A DNA stretch of 64,000 bases. It comes from an uncultured Kofleriaceae bacterium (GTDB taxonomy: Bacteria; Myxococcota_A; Polyangia; GCA-2747355; CAZCFB01). Shown here piece by piece: positions 1-8,714 of the stretch (its first letter is position 1; each line of letters starts with the position of its first letter). Where the stretch lies: the NCBI GenBank assembly GCA_964497805.1, contig CAZCFB010000007.1, positions 11,849 through 75,848 on the forward strand, in the 5' to 3' direction. The position numbers and the translations under genes are program-made. A model generated the notes under the pieces. It did not search any database. It was given only the letters and a program-made list of their open reading frames with translations, and was not told the DNA's origin.

Positions 1-14
1 AAGAGGCCATCGCC

Positions 15-3000
15 GTGCTCACGGGCGAGCCCACGCCCTCCGGGGATGCGCTCGGCGCGGGCGAACCCGAAGAGGGCGGCACCCAGGAGCTCCTGGACGG
101 AGAGATCCTTGAGATGGGGCCGGATGAAGACGAGGACCCCACCGTGGCCGGGGAGCTGGTCGATATCAGCGTGGAGGAGGAGCAGGGGGAGCTGGACCTC
201 ATCGACGACGACGAAACCGGCGTGGGCGTGGATCAGGAGCTGCTGCTGGCCTCCATGGAGCAAGCCGCCAAGGCGCCCCCCCGGGTTCAGCAACACGCCG
301 ACGACGACTCCTCGGCCTTGCTCGTAGACTCCGGTCTGCTCACCGAGTGGACACGTGCCGAGGGGGACGGCCTTGAGCCACAGGCCAGCGGGGAGGAGGG
401 GACCACCGACACCACTGCTGCGGATGAACCCCCGACCATGGCCGAAGAGGCGCCGGGCACCGAGGAGTCTGAGCTCTTGCTCGAACAGAGCGAACAGCCG
501 TGGGGCGAGGCGGTGGACGACCTCGAGGACACCGGCTTCGAGGACGAAGAGGACGAGTGGGACGACGAGGCCACGGTGGCCCATGGGCCCGAGCCGTTGG
601 GAGCGCTGGACTCTACCGAAGAGGTTGTCGGCAGTGAGTGGGAAGAGGACCCCGGCGAGCCCACCGTTGCCCAAATCAACCCGGTGGTGGACAGCGATGA
701 GGCCAGCGCAGAAGAGGAGTGGGGCGACATCGATGACGAGGGGGATCCCACGGTGGCCCGTGGTCCGGAGCCCCTGGGACCCCTGGATGAGGAGGATGAC
801 GGGGAGCCCACAGTTGCCCGTGGCCCGGAGCCTCTGGGGCCCCTCGATGAAGATGATGACGGGGATCCCACGGTGGCCCGTGGTCCGGAGCCGCTGGGGC
901 CTCTGGATGAAGAGGATCCAGGCGAGCCCACCATGGCCCAGGCCAGCCCCATCTCTGATCAGATGGACGGCGTGGCCCCTGAAGGCGCCTGGGCCGACGA
1001 GGACGACGAGGGCGAGCCCACGGTCATCCGAGAGGACTCGGCGCTGGTGCCGGCTGGGCCCTTCGGGGACGGCGCCGGCGACGAGTTCGAGCCGCTGGAC
1101 AGCGAGGAGCTGTCCGAGATCTCCCTGGAGATGGTCATTGATGAGGACGACCTGCCGCCCCTGCCGCCGCCCAGCGGGGTTGAGGTTGACGACAACAACC
1201 CGGAGGAGGGGTGGGGAGACCCGGCCGAGGTGCCAGCCTTCGAGGGCGAGGAGGAGTACACCTCCGGAGACGATCCGTTCACCTTCGACGATGACGACGA
1301 GGAAGAGTACGCGGAGGCCACCCAGGTGCGGGTGGAGCTGCCCAAGCTGCAGGCCATCGTAAGTGATGTTGACGCCGCTTCACCCCGGAGCCTCCTGCCA
1401 GGAGGCGAGGATGGCGTCAGTCTGAACCCGGACGGGTCCCTGGATGACGACGACATGCAGGAGGAGGCCACCGGGTTCTACCGAGAGGAGAACGCCCAGG
1501 TCGCGTTCCCCGAAGTTGAAGACGCCCCATCCCCGAACCTCGCGGAGCCTGGCGAGGGCGCCAGCATTCCCGAGGCGTATGGTGAGCCAGGGCTACAGGG
1601 GGCCCCCACGCCAGTCGGGGTGGAGGGCTTCCCTGGAGATGCTGCTCCGTACGGCGAGCCGCCGGCCAGCCCGGAGCAATCGATGTTCCCCCCCGGGGCA
1701 GACCAGGCGCCGCCTCCCCAACACCTGCCCGATGATCCGTACGACCCGTCGCTGCCGCCGTCGCGCCAGTTCGAGCACCTGCCCGAGGAGCCATACGACA
1801 TCTCTCAGCCCGGGCAACCGGAGCAACCAGCCGCGCCGCAGTACCCGCCCGCGCAGTCCGTGCCGCCGGAGATGGCCCAGGCCTCCACGGTGGACATTCC
1901 GTCGGGGCCGATGAGGGTTGAGCGTACCGAGAACCTCCGCGCGTCCACGCCGGGCCCCAGCGTCTCCAGGGCGCCCGCTCCCGCCCCGGGCGCTCCGGCG
2001 GAGGTGTACGATGCGCGCGCTGGCGCTGAGGCCAGGGTGAAGGCGCCGGAGCCCAAGCCCAGGGCCAAGCCCAAGCCCAAGCCAACCAAACGTACCCTGC
2101 CCAGGCTCATGGGGGGGAACGCCCGCCTGGACAGGGCGGCGCGCACTGGCACCAACCTGGTGGCCATGCTCAAGGGCCGGCCAGGGAGCAAGCGCCTGCC
2201 CGTGCTCGTCGTTTGCACCATCGGCGTCATCGTGCTCGCCTTCGGCATCGGCCGGGTGGTGCGGCACATGCGCCTCGGGGATCAGATCGAGGACAAGCGG
2301 GGCAAGGCGGCCCAGCTGCTCTGGAACGGCAACATGGTGGACTACGCGGCCGCCTCCAGGAGCTACGCCGAGATCCTGAAGCACCGCCCCGAGGACAAGG
2401 CCGCTTACTGGGCACAGTCCAGGGTTCAGGCCGCCATCCCGGTGGAGTTTGGGGATCCAAACCCGCAGGCCGCGCGCAGGGTCGCCCAGACCGACAAGCC
2501 GGGAGCAGACCGGCTGGCCGCGGACATCTACGCCGCCCTCTTCACCGGCTCCCTGGCCCGGGCCAACAAGCTGCTGGAGCAGGGGAGGGTGGCCAGGCCC
2601 GAGGCCGCCATCCTCGCCTACCTGGAGGGGCGCGTGCGCATGCTGGAGGGCAAGGCCGAGGCCGCCCTGGCCTCGCTGGATCGCGCGGTGAAGACGAACC
2701 CTCTGGACACCCTTCATCACCTGTGGCGCGCCGAGGCCCTCGCTGAGCTGGGCAAGGTTCAGAAGAGCCTTAACGCCCACGCCGGCACCCTCAAGCTCAA
2801 CGCCGACCATGTGGGGACCCTCATCGCCAGGGCCCGGGTCCTGCTGGAGTCACGCGGGGACATGAACACCGCGCAGAAGGACCTGGAGACCATCCTCAGC
2901 GGGGCGCGCAGCGCGCTCTCCTCCAAGGGGCAGCGCGGGTGGGCCGCCGTGCTTATGGCGCGCATCCTGCTGACCCGCGGGGACTCCACCCGGGCGCGCA

Positions 3001-4520
3001 CATTTTTGACCAAGGCGCGCACCAACCAGCCGACCCGCGATCCTCTCTTCCTGGATCAGCTGGCCCAGGCTTACCTGGAGTCTTACCAGATGGGCGAGGC
3101 CGAGCGCGTGATCCAGGAGTCCCGCGATCTGCTGCCCGGCCGCCCCCACCCTCACTTCCACCTGGCCCGGGTCTACCTGCTGCAAGGGAGGAGCGCCCGC
3201 TCCCTGGCCAGCCTGAACCGGGCCCGAGGCCTCACCTCTCCGGCCGCCGCCCTGCTCAGGGCGCGCATCCTGTACAGCCTGGGCCGGCACCAGGAGGCCC
3301 TCGCCGAGCTGGACGGCCAGAAGGGCAACCTGCGGGCGAGCCTGGTCCGGGCCGAGATCCTGGCGAGCATGGGCAAGGGGCGCGAGGCCGAACAGGGCCT
3401 GCTCGGCCTGCTCCCGACCAACCGGCGCAGCGTGGAGCTGCTCACCGCGCTCGGGGAGGTTTACCTGCAGATCGGGCGCACCCACCAGGCCCGCCAGCGC
3501 CTGGGGGAGGCGGTCCGCCTGGATCGCTTCGCCTTCCGGGCGCGGCTCAAGCTGGCCGAGGTGGACCTGGCCGAGGGCAAGTACAGCGACGCCCACAAGC
3601 GACTGGCAGAGGCGGCCCGGACCAACAAGGGCAACACCGTCGCCATGCGCAAGCTGGCCGACCTGGAGTTCGTGCTCGGCAACCTGCCCAAGGCCCGGGA
3701 GCTGTACACAACCCTGGTCAAGCGCTCGGCCAATGATCCTGAGGTGCGCCTGGGTTATGCCCGGGTGCTCGCCGCCCAGCAGGAAACCTCCCTCGCTGAT
3801 GTGGAGATCCGGGCCGCGGAGGCGCGCCAGGCCGACCGGATCAAGACGGCGCTTGTTCGAGGAGAGTTCGCCCTGCTCCAGGGCAAGGCGGGGCTCGCCA
3901 TCACCCACCTGACCACGGCCACCGGGGGGACCAAGCCGTCGGCTGAAGCCCTGCATCTGCGCGTGCGCGCCCACCTGATGAACAACGACGAGCACAGCGC
4001 CAAGGCCGCGGTGCAGCGCCTCGCCAGCCTGTACGCCGGCACCCCGGAGGCCCTGGACGCGGCCGGCCGGGTGGACCTGTACGCCGGAAGCTTCTCCAGG
4101 GCTTCGCGCACCTTCGGCCAGGCGCTCCAGGCGCTCCGTACGGCGCCGAGGCCGCCGCTCATGCACGCGGCGATGCTGGTCATGGCGGGGCGCGCCCAGC
4201 ATGATAGCGGGCGCTCGGATCGCGCCATGGCGCGGTACGAGGAGGCGGCCCGCATCTGCCCGCGGTGCGCAGAGCCCCACTACCGCATCGGCCTGGTCCA
4301 CGACGAGAACGAGCGCCAGGACGCCGCCATCTCCAGCCTGCGCCGGGCCAAGAGCCTGGCCCCGAAGATGAAGGAGGTCTACTACGACCTGGGCAGCGTG
4401 CTTGAGCGCGCAAGCCGCATCTCCGAGGCAGCCGCGGCCTACCGGACCTACCTGAGCCTCAAGCCGCCCAAGGAGCTGGCCGACGCGGCGAAAGAGGCGT
4501 TGGAGAACCTGGGGCAATAG
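15..4520 (+). CDS. Large single-pass membrane protein with an acidic repeat-rich N-terminal region and a C-terminal TPR-like solenoid; 5' end may lie outside the window
   Basis: Longest ORF in this region. The frame stays open back to base 3, so the true start may be upstream of the window. The N-terminal ~650 aa are very acidic and Pro-rich, with repeated 'EPTVA(R/H/Q)GPEPLG(P/A)LD' units. A Lys/Pro-rich stretch and one TM helix 'LPVLVVCTIGVIVLAFGIG' follow. The last ~750 aa are Ala/Leu/Arg-rich TPR-like repeats. Overlapping antisense ORFs have junk-like composition. Confidence 0.75.
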   Translation: MLTGEPTPSGDALGAGEPEEGGTQELLDGEILEMGPDEDEDPTVAGELVDISVEEEQGELDLIDDDETGVGVDQELLLASMEQAAKAPPRVQQHADDDSSALLVDSGLLTEWTRAEGDGLEPQASGEEGTTDTTAADEPPTMAEEAPGTEESELLLEQSEQPWGEAVDDLEDTGFEDEEDEWDDEATVAHGPEPLGALDSTEEVVGSEWEEDPGEPTVAQINPVVDSDEASAEEEWGDIDDEGDPTVARGPEPLGPLDEEDDGEPTVARGPEPLGPLDEDDDGDPTVARGPEPLGPLDEEDPGEPTMAQASPISDQMDGVAPEGAWADEDDEGEPTVIREDSALVPAGPFGDGAGDEFEPLDSEELSEISLEMVIDEDDLPPLPPPSGVEVDDNNPEEGWGDPAEVPAFEGEEEYTSGDDPFTFDDDDEEEYAEATQVRVELPKLQAIVSDVDAASPRSLLPGGEDGVSLNPDGSLDDDDMQEEATGFYREENAQVAFPEVEDAPSPNLAEPGEGASIPEAYGEPGLQGAPTPVGVEGFPGDAAPYGEPPASPEQSMFPPGADQAPPPQHLPDDPYDPSLPPSRQFEHLPEEPYDISQPGQPEQPAAPQYPPAQSVPPEMAQASTVDIPSGPMRVERTENLRASTPGPSVSRAPAPAPGAPAEVYDARAGAEARVKAPEPKPRAKPKPKPTKRTLPRLMGGNARLDRAARTGTNLVAMLKGRPGSKRLPVLVVCTIGVIVLAFGIGRVVRHMRLGDQIEDKRGKAAQLLWNGNMVDYAAASRSYAEILKHRPEDKAAYWAQSRVQAAIPVEFGDPNPQAARRVAQTDKPGADRLAADIYAALFTGSLARANKLLEQGRVARPEAAILAYLEGRVRMLEGKAEAALASLDRAVKTNPLDTLHHLWRAEALAELGKVQKSLNAHAGTLKLNADHVGTLIARARVLLESRGDMNTAQKDLETILSGARSALSSKGQRGWAAVLMARILLTRGDSTRARTFLTKARTNQPTRDPLFLDQLAQAYLESYQMGEAERVIQESRDLLPGRPHPHFHLARVYLLQGRSARSLASLNRARGLTSPAAALLRARILYSLGRHQEALAELDGQKGNLRASLVRAEILASMGKGREAEQGLLGLLPTNRRSVELLTALGEVYLQIGRTHQARQRLGEAVRLDRFAFRARLKLAEVDLAEGKYSDAHKRLAEAARTNKGNTVAMRKLADLEFVLGNLPKARELYTTLVKRSANDPEVRLGYARVLAAQQETSLADVEIRAAEARQADRIKTALVRGEFALLQGKAGLAITHLTTATGGTKPSAEALHLRVRAHLMNNDEHSAKAAVQRLASLYAGTPEALDAAGRVDLYAGSFSRASRTFGQALQALRTAPRPPLMHAAMLVMAGRAQHDSGRSDRAMARYEEAARICPRCAEPHYRIGLVHDENERQDAAISSLRRAKSLAPKMKEVYYDLGSVLERASRISEAAAAYRTYLSLKPPKELADAAKEALENLGQ
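741..941 (+). repeat. In-frame 60-bp tandem repeat, three full units plus a partial fourth
   Basis: Units at 741-800, 801-860 and 861-920 are near-identical ('ggggatcccacggtggcccgtggtccggag...'). Each encodes 'G(D/E)PTVARGPEPLGPLDE(E/D)D..'. A partial unit 'ggcgagcccaccatggcccag' follows, and degenerate copies lie upstream (~565-680) and downstream (~1005-1035). Confidence 0.9.
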
Positions 4521-4522
4521 CG

Positions 4523-4543
4523 AACGTCGACGTCGACGTTTTT
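4523..4543 (+). terminator. Candidate rho-independent terminator (perfect 18-nt palindrome followed by a T-run)
   Basis: 'AACGTCGACGTCGACGTT' (4523-4540) is perfectly self-complementary and runs into TTTTT (4539-4543). It starts 3 nt after the TAG of the + strand TPR gene, at a convergent junction with the GH57 gene. A U-tract is present only for the + strand transcript. Confidence 0.4.
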
Positions 4544-6723
4544 CAGATCTTGAAGCTCTCCCCCACTTCGTACCCATCCACCGGCACCTTCACCTCGATG
4601 AAGCCGCTGGACGGCACCGTGCCCACCTGTTGGCCTTCGCGGGTGAACTGCACCGAGAGGCCCACCTGCTGTCCCGGGATCAGGGCGAGCCTGGACAGGG
4701 GGACCGACAGCTCGATCACCTCACCCACAACCACCTCCTGGACGCGCCCAAGCTCCACCTCGGCGCCGTCGGGCGGACCGTGAGTGAGCGCCAGGTGGGG
4801 CTGCTCGCCCGTGACCAGGCGGCAGTTGACCCGTCGCCCGCTCTCCGTGATCTGCAGGTTGACCTGCACCTCCCCGGTCAGGGGAGAGAGGTGCGGTGGG
4901 AGGCTGTCCGCGGGCACCAGGCGGATGTAGAGGCGCCCCGGATCAAAGCCCCAGTACAGGCCTGAGAGGATGGAAGGGTAGGGGGCCAGGGAGCCGGCCG
5001 GGGGGACCCTGTGGTAGCCGGCGCCGCGCCACTCGAAGTAGGAGGCCAGGCTCCCGTCCATGCGCGGGTGCACAAGGTCCGTTGGCTGGCGGGAAGGCGC
5101 CACCGCGCCGCCCTGGGTCAGGGGGCGGAACAGCTCCGCCGGGGGCGTGTCGCCCAGGGCCCTGTAGGCGGCGGCCAGGTGGGCGCGGAAGAGGGCCTCA
5201 TACAGGTCATCCTCCTCGCTGTGGTACGGCTCACCGAGCCACCAGAACCAGTCGGCTCCCTCGGCGTCGAGCAGGTGCTCCAGGGCCTCCGCGCGCTGCT
5301 CCGCGCTTGTCTCCCCCGAGCGTTCCGCCCTGGCCAGCCGCTCCCGCGCGTGGCCCAACAGATCCCAGGCGCGGTTCTTGAGCGCCTCGCCGATCCAGGT
5401 GGCGAAGTTGCCGTCCACCCAGGATCCGGAGTGCAGGTGGTCCAGGGCCACGGCGGGCGGGTGCCGATCAAGCCACTGGCCGAGGGTGGTGGTCACGACG
5501 TCGCCCCCGCGCTCCAGCCGCCCGAAGAGGGCGCCCAGGAACCCGGTCATCGGCTCGGCGTAGCGCTCCCACACGCGCTCCAGCGGCAGCGCCACCACCA
5601 CCAGCGGCGGCGCGTCGCCGTCCACCCGGGCCCCCGCGGCGGCCTGCCGCACCTGCTGGAGGAAGTCGTCCGCCGCGGCGCCCGAGTCCTCCCAGGCGGT
5701 GTACTCCTGCTCCACCCGCCGGGACAGCTCCTCGTGGCGGAAGAAGAGGGCGCTCCCCCCGTGGCGGTACGGCTGGAAAAGGCGGCGGCGCCCCGGCGAT
5801 GAGCCCCGCTCATCCAGGGAGTGGAACAGCACGGACGCATCGCTCACCAGGTAACCGAAGCCCTGCTCTCCGGCCAGGCGCACGCTCTCCGGGCTAACGG
5901 CCAGCTCCGGCGGCCAGAGCCCGCGCGGCTCCCAGCCCACCTCCTTGACGAAGGTGGCGCGGGCACGCTCCATCTGCTCCGCGGCGTCTCCGGGGTTGGC
6001 GAAGCGTCTGGGCAGGCGGGCGTCAGGCGTGGGCCGCCGCGCCGTGTGGCTGTCCACCAGCAGGGGCAGGATCGGGTAGCGGTGGGGGCACGGGATCCAC
6101 TCCACCGATCCCCGGCGGCCCAGGGCCGTCCAGGCCGGCACCAGCCCCTCCAGAAGCTCCCGCTGCCGCCCTATGACCACCTCCTTGTCGGCCTCCTCGA
6201 AGTCGCGCCCCCTGACCAGCAGCGCCTCCACCCGAGGATCCTCGGCCGCGGTGGGCCCGAACCAGGCCAGGTTGAACAGCACCTGCAGGTCGCGCAGCTC
6301 GTCCACGCTCAGGTCCGCCGCACCCCAGGCACCCCCCGCGCCCTGGTGCCCTCGCTTCTCCAACAGCTCACGGTAGCGCGGCATGGGGTGCAGCCGCGCC
6401 TGCCTGTGCACCGAGAAGAAGTAGCGCGCCAGCATGCCCCGCTCCTCGGGGGTCAGCTCCTCGGCGGGGATCCGGGTGAGGGCCAGGCCGGTGTCCTCCA
6501 CCCCTTCCCGGAGCAGACGGATCTGCTCCAGCAGCGGGGGCGAGAGCACGGCGGTCACGTTCACGCCGGGGTGGCGCTCCAGCAGGCTGGCGAAGTCACG
6601 GTAGGTGCCCGCCGCGTGCAGGCGCACCCAGGGGAGGGTGAGGCTGCCGCTGTCGGGCGAGAGGCTCCACGGCTGGTGGAGGCGCCAGACAAAGGCGAGG
6701 TGGATGGGACGGCTAATACTCAC
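4543..6723 (-). CDS. Glycoside hydrolase family 57 protein (alpha-amylase / alpha-glucan-processing type)
   Basis: Motifs typical of GH57: N-terminal 'HLAFVWRLHQPW', 'GSVEWIPCPHRYPILPLLVDS' and 'WPPELAVSPESVRLAGEQGFGYLVSD'. GTG start. The stop of the upstream kinase gene is only 9 nt away. Confidence 0.8.
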   Translation of the reverse strand: MSISRPIHLAFVWRLHQPWSLSPDSGSLTLPWVRLHAAGTYRDFASLLERHPGVNVTAVLSPPLLEQIRLLREGVEDTGLALTRIPAEELTPEERGMLARYFFSVHRQARLHPMPRYRELLEKRGHQGAGGAWGAADLSVDELRDLQVLFNLAWFGPTAAEDPRVEALLVRGRDFEEADKEVVIGRQRELLEGLVPAWTALGRRGSVEWIPCPHRYPILPLLVDSHTARRPTPDARLPRRFANPGDAAEQMERARATFVKEVGWEPRGLWPPELAVSPESVRLAGEQGFGYLVSDASVLFHSLDERGSSPGRRRLFQPYRHGGSALFFRHEELSRRVEQEYTAWEDSGAAADDFLQQVRQAAAGARVDGDAPPLVVVALPLERVWERYAEPMTGFLGALFGRLERGGDVVTTTLGQWLDRHPPAVALDHLHSGSWVDGNFATWIGEALKNRAWDLLGHARERLARAERSGETSAEQRAEALEHLLDAEGADWFWWLGEPYHSEEDDLYEALFRAHLAAAYRALGDTPPAELFRPLTQGGAVAPSRQPTDLVHPRMDGSLASYFEWRGAGYHRVPPAGSLAPYPSILSGLYWGFDPGRLYIRLVPADSLPPHLSPLTGEVQVNLQITESGRRVNCRLVTGEQPHLALTHGPPDGAEVELGRVQEVVVGEVIELSVPLSRLALIPGQQVGLSVQFTREGQQVGTVPSSGFIEVKVPVDGYEVGESFKI

Positions 6724-6732
6724 CTGTGGGGC

Positions 6733-8166
6733 TTACTCGGGCTGGATGATGTCGTCAACCAGATCTGGATCAATTGTCGGCCTGGCGTTGAGCTTCCAGA
6801 TGGCCATCACCACGCCCACGCCCACGATGCTCAGCAGGACCAACACGATGAGCAGCACCTTGAGGGTGCGCGTGCTCATGCCGGCGCTGCTCCCCTTGCG
6901 CAAAGGTTTCTTACCTTTGCGGCCGCCATCGGGCTTGTCGCTCCCCTCCAGGTACTCCTCCAGAGAGCCAAGCTCGGGCAGCTCCGGCGACTCCGGCGGG
7001 GCGTGAAAGGTCATCTTGGCGCCGCCGTCCTCGGTCTCTTCAAGCTCGCTGGTCCAGCCGCGGGTATCGATGAAGTCCCGTGGATCAAGCACCGCGTCCG
7101 GGCGGCCCAGCTGGTCCGGTGTCAGCGGCTGAGCGCCCTGATCATCCTCGGGCGCCTCCTGCAGCGGGGCCAGCCTCGCCACCTCGTCCTGGATCAGCTT
7201 GTCGATGCGGTTTCCAGAGCCGCTCCCCCTGGGCAGGCTGGTGTTCCGCTCCGACTGGCAGTTTCGCACCAGCCGGGAGAGATCGCGGTTCGTCACCTTG
7301 AGCCCGTTGGAGAACAGGTAGTGGGCCAGGGCGTCGTGCAGCTCGTAGGCGGACTGGTACCGCTCCTCCGGATCCAGGGCCAGGCACCCGAGCACCAGCC
7401 GTTCAAGATCGGGGGTGATCTCCGGGTTGAGCGCCACCATGGGCGGCACCCGCGCCTTGCGTACAAGCTCCACCGTCTGATAGTCGGTCTCGCCGTAGAA
7501 CAGCCGCTTGCCGGTGAGCATCTCGAACAGGATGATGCCGCAGGCGAACAGGTCCGCGCGCAGGTCCACGTCCTCGCCGCGCGCCGCCTCGGGGGAGAGG
7601 TAGGAGAACTTCCCCTTAACCACCCCCGGCTCCGTGCTCTCCACCTGGTTGGCCGCCTTGGCCAGCCCGAAGTCCACCAGCTTCACCTCGCCGGTCTTGG
7701 AGAGCAGGATGTTGGGGGGCGAGATGTCCCTGTGGACGATGCCCAGGGGCTTGCCAGACTCGATGTCCACCTTCTCGTGGGCGTAGGCCAGCCCCTTGGT
7801 CACCTCCATCATCACGAACAGGGCCTGCTGGATCTCCAGCCGCCGGTTCTGCCGCTTCAGGCTCTCAACCAGGTTGCGCAGGTTGAGCCCGTCCACGAAC
7901 TCCATGACGATGAAGAAGGTGTTGCCCGAGTACCCGATGTCGAACACATGGACGATGTTTGCGTGATCAAGGAAGAGGCACAGCCGCGCCTCGTCCAGGA
8001 ACATGGAAACAAAGCGTTTATTCTTGGTCAGGTGGGGCAGGACCCGCTTGATGGCCACCTGCTTCTTGAACCCCTGGATCGACTCGGCCTCGCCTCGATA
8101 GATCTCGGCCATGCCGCCGCTATCGAGCTTTTCAATAATCTTATACTTTTGCCCTTGATCGGCCAT
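6733..8166 (-). CDS. Ser/Thr protein kinase (Hanks type) with a C-terminal TM anchor
   Basis: Gly-loop 'LDSGGMAEIYRG', 'VAIKRV', catalytic loop 'HRDISPPNILL', 'DFGLAKA', 'SYLSPE', and a C-terminal helix 'LLIVLVLLSIVGVGVVMAIW'. Confidence 0.9.
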   Translation of the reverse strand: MADQGQKYKIIEKLDSGGMAEIYRGEAESIQGFKKQVAIKRVLPHLTKNKRFVSMFLDEARLCLFLDHANIVHVFDIGYSGNTFFIVMEFVDGLNLRNLVESLKRQNRRLEIQQALFVMMEVTKGLAYAHEKVDIESGKPLGIVHRDISPPNILLSKTGEVKLVDFGLAKAANQVESTEPGVVKGKFSYLSPEAARGEDVDLRADLFACGIILFEMLTGKRLFYGETDYQTVELVRKARVPPMVALNPEITPDLERLVLGCLALDPEERYQSAYELHDALAHYLFSNGLKVTNRDLSRLVRNCQSERNTSLPRGSGSGNRIDKLIQDEVARLAPLQEAPEDDQGAQPLTPDQLGRPDAVLDPRDFIDTRGWTSELEETEDGGAKMTFHAPPESPELPELGSLEEYLEGSDKPDGGRKGKKPLRKGSSAGMSTRTLKVLLIVLVLLSIVGVGVVMAIWKLNARPTIDPDLVDDIIQPE

Positions 8167-8282
8167 GGGGAGAGTTCGGTCCGGAGTTTGCCCGATACTA
8201 CCTCATCTAATTCAAGAAATCCAAAAGGAGATCTCTCTGATTTCGGCTGTTTGGATGGATTTCTGCGGGCCCGGCCGGCTGG

Positions 8283-8714
8283 CTAGATGCCGCGTCTGCC
8301 GAAGGATGGTGGAGGGGGGCCGTCGTCCCGTTCCTGGCGCTCTTGCTCCTCCCGGGACTCCTTGCAGTGGATGCAGAGTGAGGTGACAGGCCGGGCCATG
8401 AGCCGCTTGTAGCCGATCTCCTCCCCGCAATCCTCGCATTCGCCGATCTCCCCCTCCTCCAGGCGAATCAGCGCCTTACGCACCTTGGAGAGCAGCTTCA
8501 TCTCCCGGTCACGCAGGCGCAGGTCGGTTGAGAGCAGCCACTCTGTCACCGACAGGTCGATGGAGTCGCGCCCCGTGTCCGCCTCCCGGTCCATGCTCAT
8601 GCGCAGGCTGCTCTCGGCGTTTGCCATGAGCTGCTCGGCTGCCTCGCCCAGGCGGGTGCGGATCTGCTCGATCTGTTCAGGAGTGAGTTCAGCTGGGCCG
8701 GTTGGCTCGCTCAT
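8283..8714 (-). CDS. DksA/TraR-family C4 zinc-finger protein
   Basis: 143 aa. A coiled-coil-like N-terminal part is followed by 'CEDCGEEIGYKRLMARPVTSLCIHC' (CxxC-N17-CxxC). Its ATG overlaps the clpX stop (ATGA at 8711-8714). Confidence 0.8.
   Translation of the reverse strand: MSEPTGPAELTPEQIEQIRTRLGEAAEQLMANAESSLRMSMDREADTGRDSIDLSVTEWLLSTDLRLRDREMKLLSKVRKALIRLEEGEIGECEDCGEEIGYKRLMARPVTSLCIHCKESREEQERQERDDGPPPPSFGRRGI

Noticed and set aside
1593-4577. 405-aa and 575-aa minus-strand ORFs (1593-2810 and 2850-4577), plus many shorter ORFs overlapping 15-4520
   Set aside because: They are antisense or out of frame relative to the 1501-aa TPR protein. That protein has a coherent domain layout (repeats, TM helix, TPR). 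The alternatives have arginine/proline-rich shadow-ORF composition.
8195-8224. Possible promoter TTGGAT-18-TAGTAT (minus strand) upstream of the Ser/Thr kinase
   Set aside because: It is only a 4/6 + 4/6 match with a non-optimal 18-nt spacer in an AT-rich stretch. That is too weak to list as a feature without transcription-start data.
5821-8286. 821-aa + strand ORF
   Set aside because: It is antisense to the GH57 and Ser/Thr kinase genes, which carry unmistakable family motifs. Its translation is Gly/Ala/Arg/His/Leu/Pro/Gln-rich with no motif. Long open antisense frames like this are expected in high-GC DNA.
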